Source: Octopus sinensis (lineage: Eukaryota). Taken from it: 64,000 bases of DNA. The DNA is taken from NCBI RefSeq assembly GCF_006345805.1, contig NC_043004.1, forward strand, positions 24,552,001 to 24,616,000, in the 5' to 3' direction. The position numbers and the translations under genes were made by a program. Shown here in pieces: positions 14,041-27,162 of the stretch. The notes below the pieces were generated by a model that saw nothing but the letters and a program-made list of their open reading frames with translations, was not told the origin of the DNA and did not search any database. Position 1 is the stretch's first letter. Each line of letters starts with the position of its first letter.

Positions 14041-15380
14041 TTAATATCTACCCTTCGGGAAAATTTCAAGTTATGAGGAAATAAACAATGTTGCAAATTG
14101 CAACGGCCAAGGGTTAACGGTTATTTAGAAAAAAATGGACTACTAGCCGAGGTATTTATTGTTTAGAAGACTGTTAATGGGCTAACAGTTACTTCTTATG
14201 ATCTTACATTATTGAAACAGTTATCTGTCAACATGGCGGCTCGTGAGAGACGACCGGTGTCCTGTGATGAAAAACAAAGGATTGTGTGCCTTCACTAAGT
14301 GGGCAAGTCAAATTCTGTGATAGCAACAACTGTAAGAATGTCTAGAAGTGTTGTACAACGAATTGTAGTTCGTTCTAAGTCATCAAGATCGACAGATGCT
14401 AAAACCAAAACTTGGTAGACCTCGTAAAACTTCACCAAAACAGGATTGTATTATGGTTAGAAAATCACTGAAGGATAGGTTTAAGAGTGCTGCTGCGAAA
14501 TCCCGCGAGTTTAACCACACTTTCGATGTCAACATATCGCTCAAATCAGTTTCTAGGAGGTTACGAGGTTCTGGGTTGCTTGCTCGGGCACCGACAAAGA
14601 AACCTCTGATCTCCAAGAAGAATCATAGAGCCCATCTTCGTTTTGCTCACGAATATGTCATTTGGACAGAAGAACAATGGTCGCCGGTTCATTTGAGCGA
14701 CGAAACGAAACTTAATGTGATTGGTTCCGATGGTGGGATGTGCATTCGACGAAGAAGTGGCGAAAAGTTAACCCGTGCATGTGTTAAGAAGACAGTGAAA
14801 TATGGAGGAGGCAATATAATGGTATGGGGAGTGATTTCTGCTGTTGATCCTTGTCCACTTATTCATTTACAGGGAGCTGTCAATGCTGAAATCTACAAAC
14901 AGATACTTAGACTGCATGCCCTTCTACATCTCCTACCCTCGTCAGTTCAACGCTCCCTGTCACACTACGAAGAGAATTATAGGTTCTTTGAGTGATGAAG
15001 GGGTTGATCTCATGGACTAGCCACCACAAAGTCTTGATCTCAACTCTATACAAAAGATATTTGGAAGCACGAGGCAGAAATACAACGAACCAACTCTGGG
15101 AGTTATTGAAAAACGATGGAACAATATTACTCCATCATTTTGCAAGAAATTAGTTCAGTCCTGTGGTAACAGATGTCAGGAGGTCATTGATAGTAAAGGG
15201 ATATTCACAAAATATTAATAGTAAGGGTTCTTTTTTGTTCTTGTTCCATTTTCCATTATTTTTCTAAGTGGCCCTTAACTTTTGGCCGTTGCAGTTTGGA
15301 AGATTCTTTGTTTATTTCCTCATAACTTACGAAATATTTATTCCATTCACTTGAAATTTTCATGGAAGATGGGTATTTAA
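14041..15380 (+). mobile_element. Tc1-family DNA transposon with long (IR/DR-type) inverted repeats, decayed
   Basis: gaaaatttcaag...ttatgaggaaataaacaa...tgcaacggccaag (14059-14112) is inverted at 15269-15365; internal transposase; outer ends not resolved. Confidence 0.9.
14233..15219 (+). pseudogene. Tc1 transposase pseudogene
   Basis: GRPRKTS, HTH region, WSPVHLSDETK (first catalytic D), KTVKYGGGNIMVWG, later SLDLN (SPDLN-like) motif; frameshifts, stops and an internal deletion. Confidence 0.9.
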
Positions 15381-15502
15381 TATATTTAAATATGTGTAAA
15401 ATATCTAGTCTCAACGCTTTGATAATCTTCTATAATAAATATTTCAATACATTTGTTCCTGCTGACCCTTATGCATGGCCGTAACAGTATGTATGTATGT
15501 AT

Positions 15503-15576
<74 letters not shown>

Positions 15577-15597
15577 TAGATACATATATATATATAT

Positions 15598-15631
<34 letters not shown>

Positions 15632-16047
15632 ATATATATACATATATACACATATATATATACACATATATACACATATATATATTTATAAGGTTATGAG
15701 AACCTCTGTGTATACACTTAGTGATTGTAGATATATATGTGTATGACGTTGTTTTATGCATGCATGTGTGTATGCACATTGCTATGCATATGTGGTTATT
15801 TATTCTCACAGCATGTTCACACGCTTCAATTGACGCCCGCCTGTGTGTATAGTATGTGGACAGTTATAAGTACATAATCATAGCTACGTACGCTTACATA
15901 CGCTTATATATGTGTGTGTGTATTCTTTATTCTTTTATATGTTTCAGCCCTATGGCTGTGGCCATGCTGGGGCACCGCCAGTGATATTTTTATATACATA
16001 TACATACATAATATATATAATATATATCATATATATATGTATATATA

Positions 16048-16114
<67 letters not shown>

Positions 16115-16426
16115 TATATATATACATCATACGTGTACATATTATATAAATATATATACACATATATAATAATATGTATGTATGTATGTATGTTGTACAA
16201 TGCATAAGGTATTTTAGCATTTCAGAGAAGTTAAGTGAGCAATATAAAAGCAATACCAATGGATATATTGATCTCAATCTCTCATAATAACCATCGGCAG
16301 CACTGAATATAATTGCTTTTTTACATTCTATATTACAAATTGGTATGCTCTTATAGGATAGAAAATAAAAGGAAGCCTGAAAAGACCAAAAAAAGTGAAT
16401 CTATAACCCAGACGGCACACACACAT

Positions 16427-16463
<37 letters not shown>

Positions 16464-16536
16464 TATGTCATAGTCTCACGCAAAAGAGGGAAATTAAAAT
16501 GATTCTCAATACATACGTACATAGATTTATGTATAC

Positions 16537-16589
<53 letters not shown>

Positions 16590-16779
16590 TGTACATATAT
16601 ATGTGTGTATGCGTGTATATAAATACATGCAATCATATATATATATATATGTATATATATGCATATATATATAATATATATATATATACTTGTAAATATA
16701 TTTAGCTATTTGTGTGAATATATATATATATATATATATATATGTATTTATATGCATATATATATATATAATGTATATG

Positions 16780-16811
<32 letters not shown>

Positions 16812-16887
16812 TGTATGTATGTATGTATGTATGTATGTATATATAGATATATAGATATATATGTTTGTATGTACATATATATGTTTG

Positions 16888-16936
<49 letters not shown>

Positions 16937-17870
16937 AGAATCATTTTAATTTCCTTTTCTTTTGCGTAGACTGTGATATTGCATCACGCTATGCACCTTC
17001 TAGAACCTATTGTATAAAACTAAAAGCCTATTTAGTTGATGTTTTCAATACTTTAGAATGAATGCGGAATTTATTTTTTTTTTGTTATTTAGTATTTGGA
17101 CATTTTTAGTTGTTTTTCTTTTTGTTCTTTTTTTCTTTTAATCAGTGTTTAGTGTTTCATAAGATATAATTGTATAACCGTGAAACAGCGAATGAAAGAC
17201 TGAATCTGCGAATAGCTTATAATCTTCCCAATGAAATCATTTTGTGTCGACTTGCTAACGAGATGTTGTCTACAATGTTACAGAAAGCTTATCGTCTCAG
17301 CTTCAGATACAAAATCCCTTACTTAATCCTTTGCCTGCCTAACATATCACATGTAATAAACAAGATATCTTTCCCTAGTGTCCATGCATCATTTACGATA
17401 CACATACCGATTTTTTTTTCAACCGCCGGAGCGACGTCGGACTTATGAAAGTAAAACTTTATATTCTCCAGACCGTAAGAGCCATCTGAAAGTTTAAAAA
17501 CAAGCTTAGGTGTTTAAGACAAACTTACGAAAATGCCTCGAACAGGTGAAGAGTTAAATTTGGTAGAATTTTGCGCTTGTAAGGTGTAGAAGGTTTTTAA
17601 AATTTGATCTGTGGTTACAATTTGAGTGCATAACAAGGATGTTTCGTTTCAACATTTAGTCATCAACCTTCATTCATTAACCTCGTAACTGTAAAGGCTC
17701 AGAGACCACTCACAAAAGGGGGAACCTCTGCATGTTTATTCGAATTGCTAGAAATGACAGTAACTAAATTCTTCGATATGTGCCCCCAAATAGTACGCTA
17801 TTCCTGAAGATACACGCGCGCGCGCATATATGTGTGTGTATGTGTATATATATATGTATGTATATATATA

Positions 17871-17940
<70 letters not shown>

Positions 17941-18149
17941 AAATAAGTAACAAGGATGTCCAGCTATTAGTGCATTACGGCCGTTTCAGCCGACTCCATT
18001 TAATCGAAGAAGGCAAGCATTACATCAGTTTGAAATACACCATCATCTTTGGATTCAAAATGTAGGTTTTCAACAGTCAGGATACTCCATAATAATTTCA
18101 TCAGAACTAGAGAATGAAAGAATTCCATTCTGCTACTAATGTAGTAGAA

Positions 18150-18600
18150 TAAACTTAAATAGAAAACGATAAATTTATGGTCTCAGTAACAGGCAACTGA
18201 CGCAGTTTTACTGATATGAAGTCAAAGAAACCAGTCGCAAACTAGCTTACTGTCCTTTACAACCTTTGTCCAATGTATCTAGCCAGTCTCGTCAATCTTC
18301 TGATCTCATTGGCAAATACATGCCCCTGTTCATCAGGCCACTTTGCTCTTCCCACCCAGCCGTCGGCTACAAAATCCATTCCGTGAAATCCTCCTTCACC
18401 TTGGTTTCTAGTTTTCCTTTCTCACTCATCTCTAGACAAAGAGCCGACGTAGGACCCTCTAAATACTACGACATAAAACTTGCCATATCAGGGATGTCTT
18501 GCTGTTTCACAACCAACCTTATCTTCTTCGCCCACATGACCACATCTATTTCGTTATCGTTCCTCTGCATATCTTTATAGTGACCGATATATTTTCCGGG
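18150..18600 (-). mobile_element. Ty3/Gypsy gag relic
   Basis: Manual translation across frameshifts: VVMWAKKIRLVVKQQDIPDMASFMS*YLEG..ALCLEMSE, KWPDEQGHVFANEIRRLTRLA, FATGFFDFISVKLRQLP; resembles invertebrate Gypsy gag from memory. Confidence 0.65.
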
Positions 18601-19899
18601 TTATAAACCGAAACAGCTTGCTGTGGAAACTGGCGAACAACGGAAAATGATTTCGCCTTATATTAGCCACGGGTCTTTGACAGCAAATCTCCGTGGTGTT
18701 CGCGTAGAACAATAAAGAAAGCAGTGTGTCGGAAACAAACAAAATAAACGAATGACTACCTACACTCGCAGAGAAATCTTCACTTGTTTAATTGTCTAAC
18801 TACTCAAGCCTACAAAGTGAAAAGTCGCACTCGGCTGACTTCACCACACGTCACTTCCACCCCATCCAAACCCCCATTCCAACTCACCTTCTCTATCTAA
18901 TGTATCAGCTCACAATATCGCATTAATGCATCTAATCTAGCGTTTATATAATTTTTTCCAGTTTGCATTTTATTATTATTACTAACATAGACAATATTCC
19001 TAAATTTAGGGAGAGAGTACGAGGGTCATATTTAATCGATTAATGGCGGTATGTGAATACGAAACGAAAACAACCGTGACTGTCAATCCACTGCCCTTTA
19101 ATTTCGTTGTTGATTATAAAAACGATAATTAGGAAAATTTGATGAGGGTTTTCTTTTTTTCATTTCATTTAGTTCTGAATGCGTTCAGCTTCATCTAAGC
19201 AATATTGATTCATAACATTAAATTATTGATTGATTCCCGAAATTAAATATTGATCTTTAGCATACACCTCTGAATGATATCATATTTTAAATTGTTGACT
19301 CAATTTTTATTATAAACTTATCTAAATTTAATTCACCTAATTAAATGTTAATTTATTTAAAGTAGCGAACATCAAAAAGCTAATTGGAATAAAATTACTT
19401 GATATAGTTTTCATTTTTTGCACATGTATGGGAAACAACTCCGGGTGAGTTTTCCTCGCATTAGTCCTCATCAGTGGCACGGAGAATTCAACGTATTTGT
19501 GCAAGTAAGAAAGGAGGTATCACAAAATAAATTATTAAGGAAGTAAACTGATTGATGTAGAAAATGGAATTATTTAGAGAATCAAACTAATATTAGTCAA
19601 TGTTGAATATTATTTTTTCTCGTCACGTAAATATCTTATCTTCCTCCTTTACATAAAAAAAACTAAAAGCTTATCTAAGCGTTGTTTTTCGTGCGGTACG
19701 GGTAGCGTATTATTTTAACAAAGTTACAGACTGTTCCATGTATCCGGGTTGCAAGATTCATGGTTAATTATCATTATAATTATATATTTATTTCATTATT
19801 ATATATATGGTAAGGGTAATGTGTGTGTATTTATATATAATACATACATACATATACACTCACACAAATACACACATACATGTATATCTATGCGTATAT

Positions 19900-19959
<60 letters not shown>

Positions 19960-20231
19960 TCTTTTACTTGTTTCAGTCATTTGACTGCGACCATGCTGGA
20001 GAATCGCCTATATTATCGTCCTGCACCTATTCAATGTATGTGGTTTGTTTTTTCACCATTCCGCAGCTCTCTGGGGGCGACTCTGAGGAAGACCCCCACA
20101 TTATGTTGGATGGTAAATACCAGAAAGTCATAGACAGGTGAGAACAATTCACCTCCGATCGACTTCACTTGTGATGGATACCGATATTTCACCATTTTTG
20201 TGACGTATTAGTAACACATGTACCGATATAT

Positions 20232-20269
<38 letters not shown>

Positions 20270-20607
20270 ATCTTTTCTATTATAAGCACAGGTCTGAAAT
20301 TTGGAGGAGAAGAACAGTCGATTACATCGACCCGAGTATTTAGCTGGTACTTAATTTATTGACCTCGAAGGGGGTATATATGCAAAGTATGGGGGCTTAG
20401 TTCACAGGTGATCTAAACGATTAGGTACGCTAGGTTAAGTGCTGTAACGGATTAGTATGTCGTCATTTCATTAATCTATAGCTTTTTCATTTTCCCTATT
20501 TGTCTCCGATGACGGAATATCTCATACTCTGGGATATCCCTAAGTTGTTTCCAATATAATGTATATGACTTGAAATGTTTGCCTTAACGTTTGTTGCCCT
20601 CTTTAAC

Positions 20608-20666
<59 letters not shown>

Positions 20667-20676
20667 ATATATTATA

Positions 20677-20708
<32 letters not shown>

Positions 20709-20737
20709 GTATATATATAATAATAATAATATTTGTT

Positions 20738-21156
20738 TCTCAGTTGTTTGACCATAACCAGTTGAGCATGTCCCTTAGTGGATGACGTTATGTGCATCTC
20801 TGATCACGAGCAGAAGTAGTGGGGGAGCATCGTAGCCATGTAATGAGAGGGATTCTTTGGGGGTTTGAATAATTCACCTTTGGAAACATGGGTGTTTTGT
20901 TCAACATCCTCAAACAACCCTTATTCAGGGACCTTTTGAGTGGGATGGGTCACTCGACCAGAAGAAAATTCTAACTGGGCCCCACCTGCAAGGTCATGTG
21001 CTGTTTATTTTGATATGAGATCACCATGTTGCACATACATGGTTGTGATGCATGTGTCTGGTGTACCCTTATCAGACGGGTAGTCATGATGGGTATATTG
21101 GGCTTCGTATATTTCACCCCAGTGTCACTTTGATGGCATGAACTGCTCTCTCACTC
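20738..21156 (+). mobile_element. Family D retroposon, 5'-truncated, (AAT)n tail
   Basis: Reverse complement of 3551-~3975; followed by (AAT)n at 21157-21217. Confidence 0.85.
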
Positions 21157-21217
<61 letters not shown>

Positions 21218-21310
21218 GGGAATATAATTCCAAACTTACAGAGAAAAATTCAATTTAGCAATTCTAAATCAAATTTTACAATATATAATATATATATATA
21301 ATTTAGAGAA
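21218..21310. repeat. Unclassified dispersed repeat, second copy at 63372-63465
   Basis: ggaatat.attccaaacttacag.gaaaaattcaattta..aat.ctaaatcaaattt shared by both loci. Confidence 0.65.
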
Positions 21311-21494
21311 ATGCCTCTATGTCGTGAATAACGACTTTCACAATTGAATTGTTTAATAGAGATTTTTCTTTAAATTATAACCATCCAGATTTCTGAATTC
21401 CTTATTTCTTTTAATATATAATACATGTACATCACCTCCAAACCTTCTAACATATTTATATATATATATACACTGGCAATTTGGTTGGTCTCCG

Positions 21495-21600
21495 GTTCGA
21501 TTCAGAAGACATCGGCTCGTGGTACAGCGAAGTGGGACTGAACCCCAAAACAACAATGTTTCAAAACGACCGACTTAACCACACAGCCACATCTGTGTCT
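21495..21600 (-). mobile_element. SINE family B head (tRNA-like), degenerate
   Basis: agtgggactgaacccc...taaccacacagccac is the reverse complement of the B and A boxes. Confidence 0.6.
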
Positions 21601-22024
21601 TATAGTGCAGAAGTTTGAATGTTCTACAAACAGGAGTACCCTTAACATGATGCTCGGTTAGAGTCAACATAAGAGTTTGTGAGAAATGTTGGTCCTTTAA
21701 ATAAGGGGTATAATCCAATAGATTGACCTCTAATGTTTTAGTCTAAACTGGGTTTGGGATAATGTGAGGCGGTGGTAAGATACACTTGCCCATGATGCCA
21801 CGCTGTGGGAATGAACTCTTGGTCTTATGATTACGAACTGAATTTCTTAAACATTCGACTTTGTCCATGCAAGCATACACGACGTGTGCGTGTAGGCACG
21901 CACAGAGGGGGAAGGAAAGCGCTTACGCGCGCGCGCGTGTGTGACAGACAGACTGACATACACATATATATATATATATATATATAGATAGATAGATAGA
22001 TTGATAGATAGATAGATAGATATG

Positions 22025-22643
22025 TTTCTTTATTAGCCACACAGGGCTGCACACAGATAGAACAAATTACAAGGTAGAGCTTTTCTTTTGAAGGTTTAAA
22101 AAAAAAAAAAAAAAAAGGAAGGGGGGAGTTTCGATCAAAAGGGATCGTAAAAGAGAGAAAGAGGACAAAAAAAGGGGGGGCTTAAAAAAAAAAAAAGGGG
22201 GGGGGGGGAGGAAAAAAAATTGATCAATAGGGATCGTTATCACAGAAATGTCAATATGAAGTGTAAAGGGGAGGACAGGTGAGGTTTACCCGTGGAAAGA
22301 AAAGCCTACGGAAAAGACCACGGTAACCTCGGTCAATGATGTCACATTTTATATTTCTTTTTTTTTTTTTCTTTTTTTTTGCAAATAAGCAACTCTCTGT
22401 TTTCGATTTCTGGGTTCATAGGACTATGCTCAAGGTGGCTTCGTCATTCATACGTGCCATTCTTGCTACATTCACCCATCTTTTTTTAAAACATTCGCTA
22501 GACAAAACTTGCCTCTCTACTCTCACTTTCCTTTTCAAGTGGTACTTGAAGAAGTTGATGAGAGATTGACCAGAGAGGAAAGTGTTTGTCTCCAATCCTT
22601 TCAGACGCGTCCACCAGATACATTCTTTCGCCATAGCCACAAG
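22025..22643 (-). mobile_element. L1/Tx1-type LINE 3' end (ORF2 C-terminus plus 3' UTR), inserted in (GATA)n
   Basis: ILVAMAKECIWWTRLKGL...FFKYHLKRKVRVERQVLS..CFKKRWVNVARMARMN (22416-22643); terminus GGCTAATAAAGAAA; GATA repeats on both flanks. Confidence 0.75.
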
Positions 22644-22825
<182 letters not shown>

Positions 22826-23771
22826 AAAACAGATTATTGGATAAACAGGTAAATAGACAAATAGACAGTAGATAGTGATGTTTTTGCTTACGTATGTGTG
22901 CATGTGTTGTGAGTGAGTGAAATGGGATGGGATATATAAACACAGAGAGAAGGACAGAGAGAGTGAGAGAGAGAGAGGTTGATGCATAAAGTTATGGAAT
23001 AATGAGCGAGTGGATGACTAGTTCTCTAAAATACAGATAAAGAGGGTGATGTGTTTAAACAACCATTGAGAACGTTTATTGCTTCTCGATGTAAGAAAAT
23101 CATCATTGGTTTCGAAGTTTATTCGCAGCCTCATAACGTTGTGACTTTTTTTTTTAACAATAACTATAAACTTTGTATATAACTCGACAGTAACAACAGC
23201 AACAGCAATAGCAACATCCAACTGCAAGAACCACAGTTTCCACTAAAAAAAAAAGTTTATACCAATACAGTTAAGCCGCTATCTTTTTCCTTTATTTTTC
23301 GTTTATTATATTATATGGATTTTTATTTTCTTTACAAATGTATTTCATAAATATTTATCTGTGTGCAATGAAAATATGATAGACACCGCAGAGGAAGCTA
23401 TCGTTGCTGATGATGTTGTTGTTGTTGTTGTTTTTGGTGGTGGTGTTGGTGGTGGTGGTGTTGGTGCTTTTGTTGTTATTAGTGAGTATGGTAGTGTTCC
23501 TGTTTCAATGTGGAGCCAAACTAGAGTGGAACTAAATTTCTTTGAATCAAAATACATCAAAATAATCGATGTCGATATTGAAATATTGAACTATCAATAT
23601 ATCAGTAGATGACTTTAGACATCTGCTTCATAGCATGACAAACATTGGAACCACATAAAACTCATAACACTACACGACATATAGAGCACTCTCTAACTTA
23701 TGTTGCTCTACACCAGGCTGCATTAGACTACATCGCACTACATTAAATTACACGAATATGTAAATGTAGAG

Positions 23772-24000
23772 ACGCGTGACTTAGTGGTTAGAATGTGTTG
23801 GACTCGGGATCATAAGATTATGGTTTCGATTCCTGGACCGGGTGGCGTGTTGTATTCTTGAGCAAAACTCTTCATTTCTCGTTGCTCCCGTCCACTCAGC
23901 TAACAAAAATGAGTAAACCTGCGACGGACTGACGTCCCGCCCAGGTGGGGAATATATACTCAATAGAAACTGGGACACCAGCCTTTATGAGTATAAATGA
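23772..24000 (+). mobile_element. tRNA-derived SINE family C
   Basis: A box gacttagtggttag, B box ggtttcgattcc, cctgcgacggactgacgtcccgcccaggtgg shared with 54641 copy. Confidence 0.75.
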
Positions 24001-24364
24001 CTCGAAAACGTACTTTACTACTTTTTATGTAAACATGTGCGTATTCCGCGTAAATTAAGAACCGGTGACAAATGAAAACTTTGTAAATATAATTATGAAC
24101 TTTACGTGTGAGTATCAAACCCATACCTCTTACTTTAGCGATAAGTGCGCCAACCGATTACCCCAATATAGCCATCCACTGTTTCCTGCTAAATTTTGGA
24201 TCTTTGATTTCATGGAGGTAATTGTGTAAACACGTGCCTATTCTGTGTAAGTAAAGAAACAGTGACGAGTGAAAACTTTGTAAATATAATTGTAAGCTTT
24301 CACTATATATATTTACTTTAGAAAATAGTTTAATATTGGGGTATACAAACAAAAATAATTTGTT

Positions 24365-24540
24365 TGATGAGCATTTCATGGTGCCCATTCCATAGATGAA
24401 CATTCCATTGGTGAATGCGCCATCCGGTAAACATATTTTGTTGCAAAAAAGATTTGAAGACCACAAGAAGGATTCTCTTGACGTTTAAGAAATTTCTTGT
24501 CCTGGAACGAAATGCCATTCCGGCATTCTATTCCGATCAA
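24365..24540 (+). pseudogene. Possible THAP-domain relic of a DNA transposon
   Basis: Frame-broken W-V-N-A-I-R-like segment, GKH, and LERNAIPAF resembling the THAP AVPTIF box; weak. Confidence 0.3.
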
Positions 24541-25353
24541 GTACTTCTTCATACTCTGGAAAATAATATTCAAAATCTAAAGTGTCTTTCATTTCTTGTT
24601 GTTGTTATTGTCAGATGACACAGACGTAGAAGACATTTGATAAAGAAGATAAAAATTTACTCAGACTATTACCATGAAGCGGTTTTTCAAATCTAGTCTA
24701 CCTTGGACAATACTAGCAAATGTATACTTTTCTTAAGATAGTAGGATGTAATGTGACAGAGATGTGGGTGCTATTTCTAGCAGTTCGAGAAACCACACTA
24801 GTTTGTTCAGAGTTAAACTCGAGACCAGGTCATTCGGTGTAGAAAATTTGGAGAATGGAATCACTCAATTTTCTGAGGCCAGATTATAATATGAATATCC
24901 ATTTCTAACAGAAGGAACTGAACAAAAAATTTTGGAGTGAGAAACGGTCTAATATATCATCCCAGCATTGACGGAATATATATTTTATCGACCCTGGAAG
25001 AAATCTTGCAGGAAACTATAAACATAAGTTGCCTACCATAAAAACACAGCAGCACAGGAGCTAAAAATTTCACTATATCCTGAAGATCCGGCTGAGATAG
25101 CCTAAAAATGTTGATAACGATGAATTTTGGAAAGTTATTATTCCAAACGGAACAAACAACAAAAAAGTCTGATATCAGATATCAGAAAACTTTAATAAAA
25201 AGAAAGATTAAATCAGAAAAATATTTTTTTCAATAAAACACATATGTGTATCTATCTCTTTAACATTTATATGCTTTGAGAACCACTTCCCCCAAAAAAA
25301 TATTTCCCATTTTCTCGAAAGTTTATCAAATTTTTAAGAGTACAACGAAATGT

Positions 25354-25411
<58 letters not shown>

Positions 25412-25565
25412 GGACTGCAGTGGTAACACAATTTAGAGTAGTTAACCTCTGAAAATATTTGTCTCTGGTAAAATTTTACCTCATCTGTGACTGCAACCTT
25501 AAAGTAGACAAAGACTACGTAGCAAACACACGCTATGTTTGAAAATGTTGGAATTTTAGCAGCAC

Positions 25566-25598
<33 letters not shown>

Positions 25599-25682
25599 CA
25601 TACATACATACATACATACATACATACATACATACATACATACGCACAAACACGCGCACACACATACACACACACATATAGT

Positions 25683-25870
25683 TGAAAATTACAGGAAAAC
25701 AAAAGACGAAGACAGGTGTAAAGCAGGTGCATTAGTTTGACGCTCGGAATGGTGGGAAAGTCTTTTAAGTTTCGAGCCAACGCTCTTCAGCAGAGTAAAC
25801 GCATAAATGCGAAACAAGGTGGTAAAAACAGTACTCGAATACCGGAGGTAGAGTAATATGCTTTATTAAA
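25683..25870 (-). mobile_element. Short Penelope-type non-coding element with decayed minimal hammerhead
   Basis: Homologous to 58461-58665 and 29995-30178; minus strand CTGCTGA-A-GAGC-GTTG-GCTC-GAAAC at 25761-25798. Confidence 0.65.
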
Positions 25871-26312
25871 AAGTTACGATGGGGTTTTGTTCCACCAGGG
25901 CTTGCAGGACGTCCTTGTCGAGCTCTACAGGTCTTTCAGGACGAGTCTCGTCTTCTAGGCTGTAGTTTCCGCCTCGGAATTTTTGGAACAACCGTTGAGA
26001 CTGGCTTATGCTTATTTTCCGAACACCATATACTGCATTAATATTTCTCGCACTTTCCGTTGCGTTGTTGCCTTTATTGAACTCATAAAGCAAAATATGC
26101 CTAATTTTCTCCTTTATCACTTCCACTATAGCTTTCAAAAAATAACTGTTAAAATCGAACTGCACTCTTTAGAAATTGCACTAAGAATAAGGAAAATATA
26201 AAGTTACTACCTGCTTTTATAGCAAGTTGATACAGGTACTTTATCCCGTCCCCTTCCGAGTTTTTAGTTCAGGCAATTGAAAAAACCGCATTATTTATGG
26301 GATGATCCAATA
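25866..26312 (-). mobile_element. Mariner transposon 5' half (TIR plus HTH), truncated
   Basis: TA then TTGGATCATCCCATAAATAATGCGGTTTTT TIR (26310-26281); IRHILLYEFNKGNNATESARNINAVYG...FRGGNYSLEDETRPERP. Confidence 0.9.
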
Positions 26313-26623
26313 TATTATACACACACATGTATACACCTGCGCACGCATACATACATACACACATTCATATATATATGTATGTATGTATGTATGTATACTA
26401 TAAACATGCACACACACATTTTACAAAATACCATTGTGCAAAGTTCTGGAATATTTAATGGATGAAATTAACCGGATATATGCAAAATGTCACCAAAGCC
26501 TCTTATTCGACGATCGTTATTTCTAAATGTGAAACATTGTATATTCATTGGTTTATTTGAGTTTCCTTTCAAAACATAATTTGCTTTATTGGCTCTCTAT
26601 TGCAAAATATAATAAATAAATAA

Positions 26624-27030
<407 letters not shown>

Positions 27031-27051
27031 GAGAGAGATAGAGAGAAAGAT

Positions 27052-27162
<111 letters not shown>

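Noticed and set aside
17970-18030. Minus-strand GAAACGGCCGTA with upstream CTGATG
   Set aside because: Stem III looks Penelope-like but core spacing and stem I fail
20078-20140. CTGAGGA...GAAAGTC
   Set aside because: No stem III and no consistent stem I or II
20500-20547. CCGATGA followed by a 10-bp hairpin
   Set aside because: No GAAA or cleavage triplet after the stem; would be a third U4C core if a family consensus restored it
25068-25124. Hammerhead-like CTGAAGA with GGCT/AGCC stem
   Set aside because: GAAA is absent and the segment matches the aaatttca..gaagatc.g.tga subterminal motif of DNA elements (compare 59019-59045)
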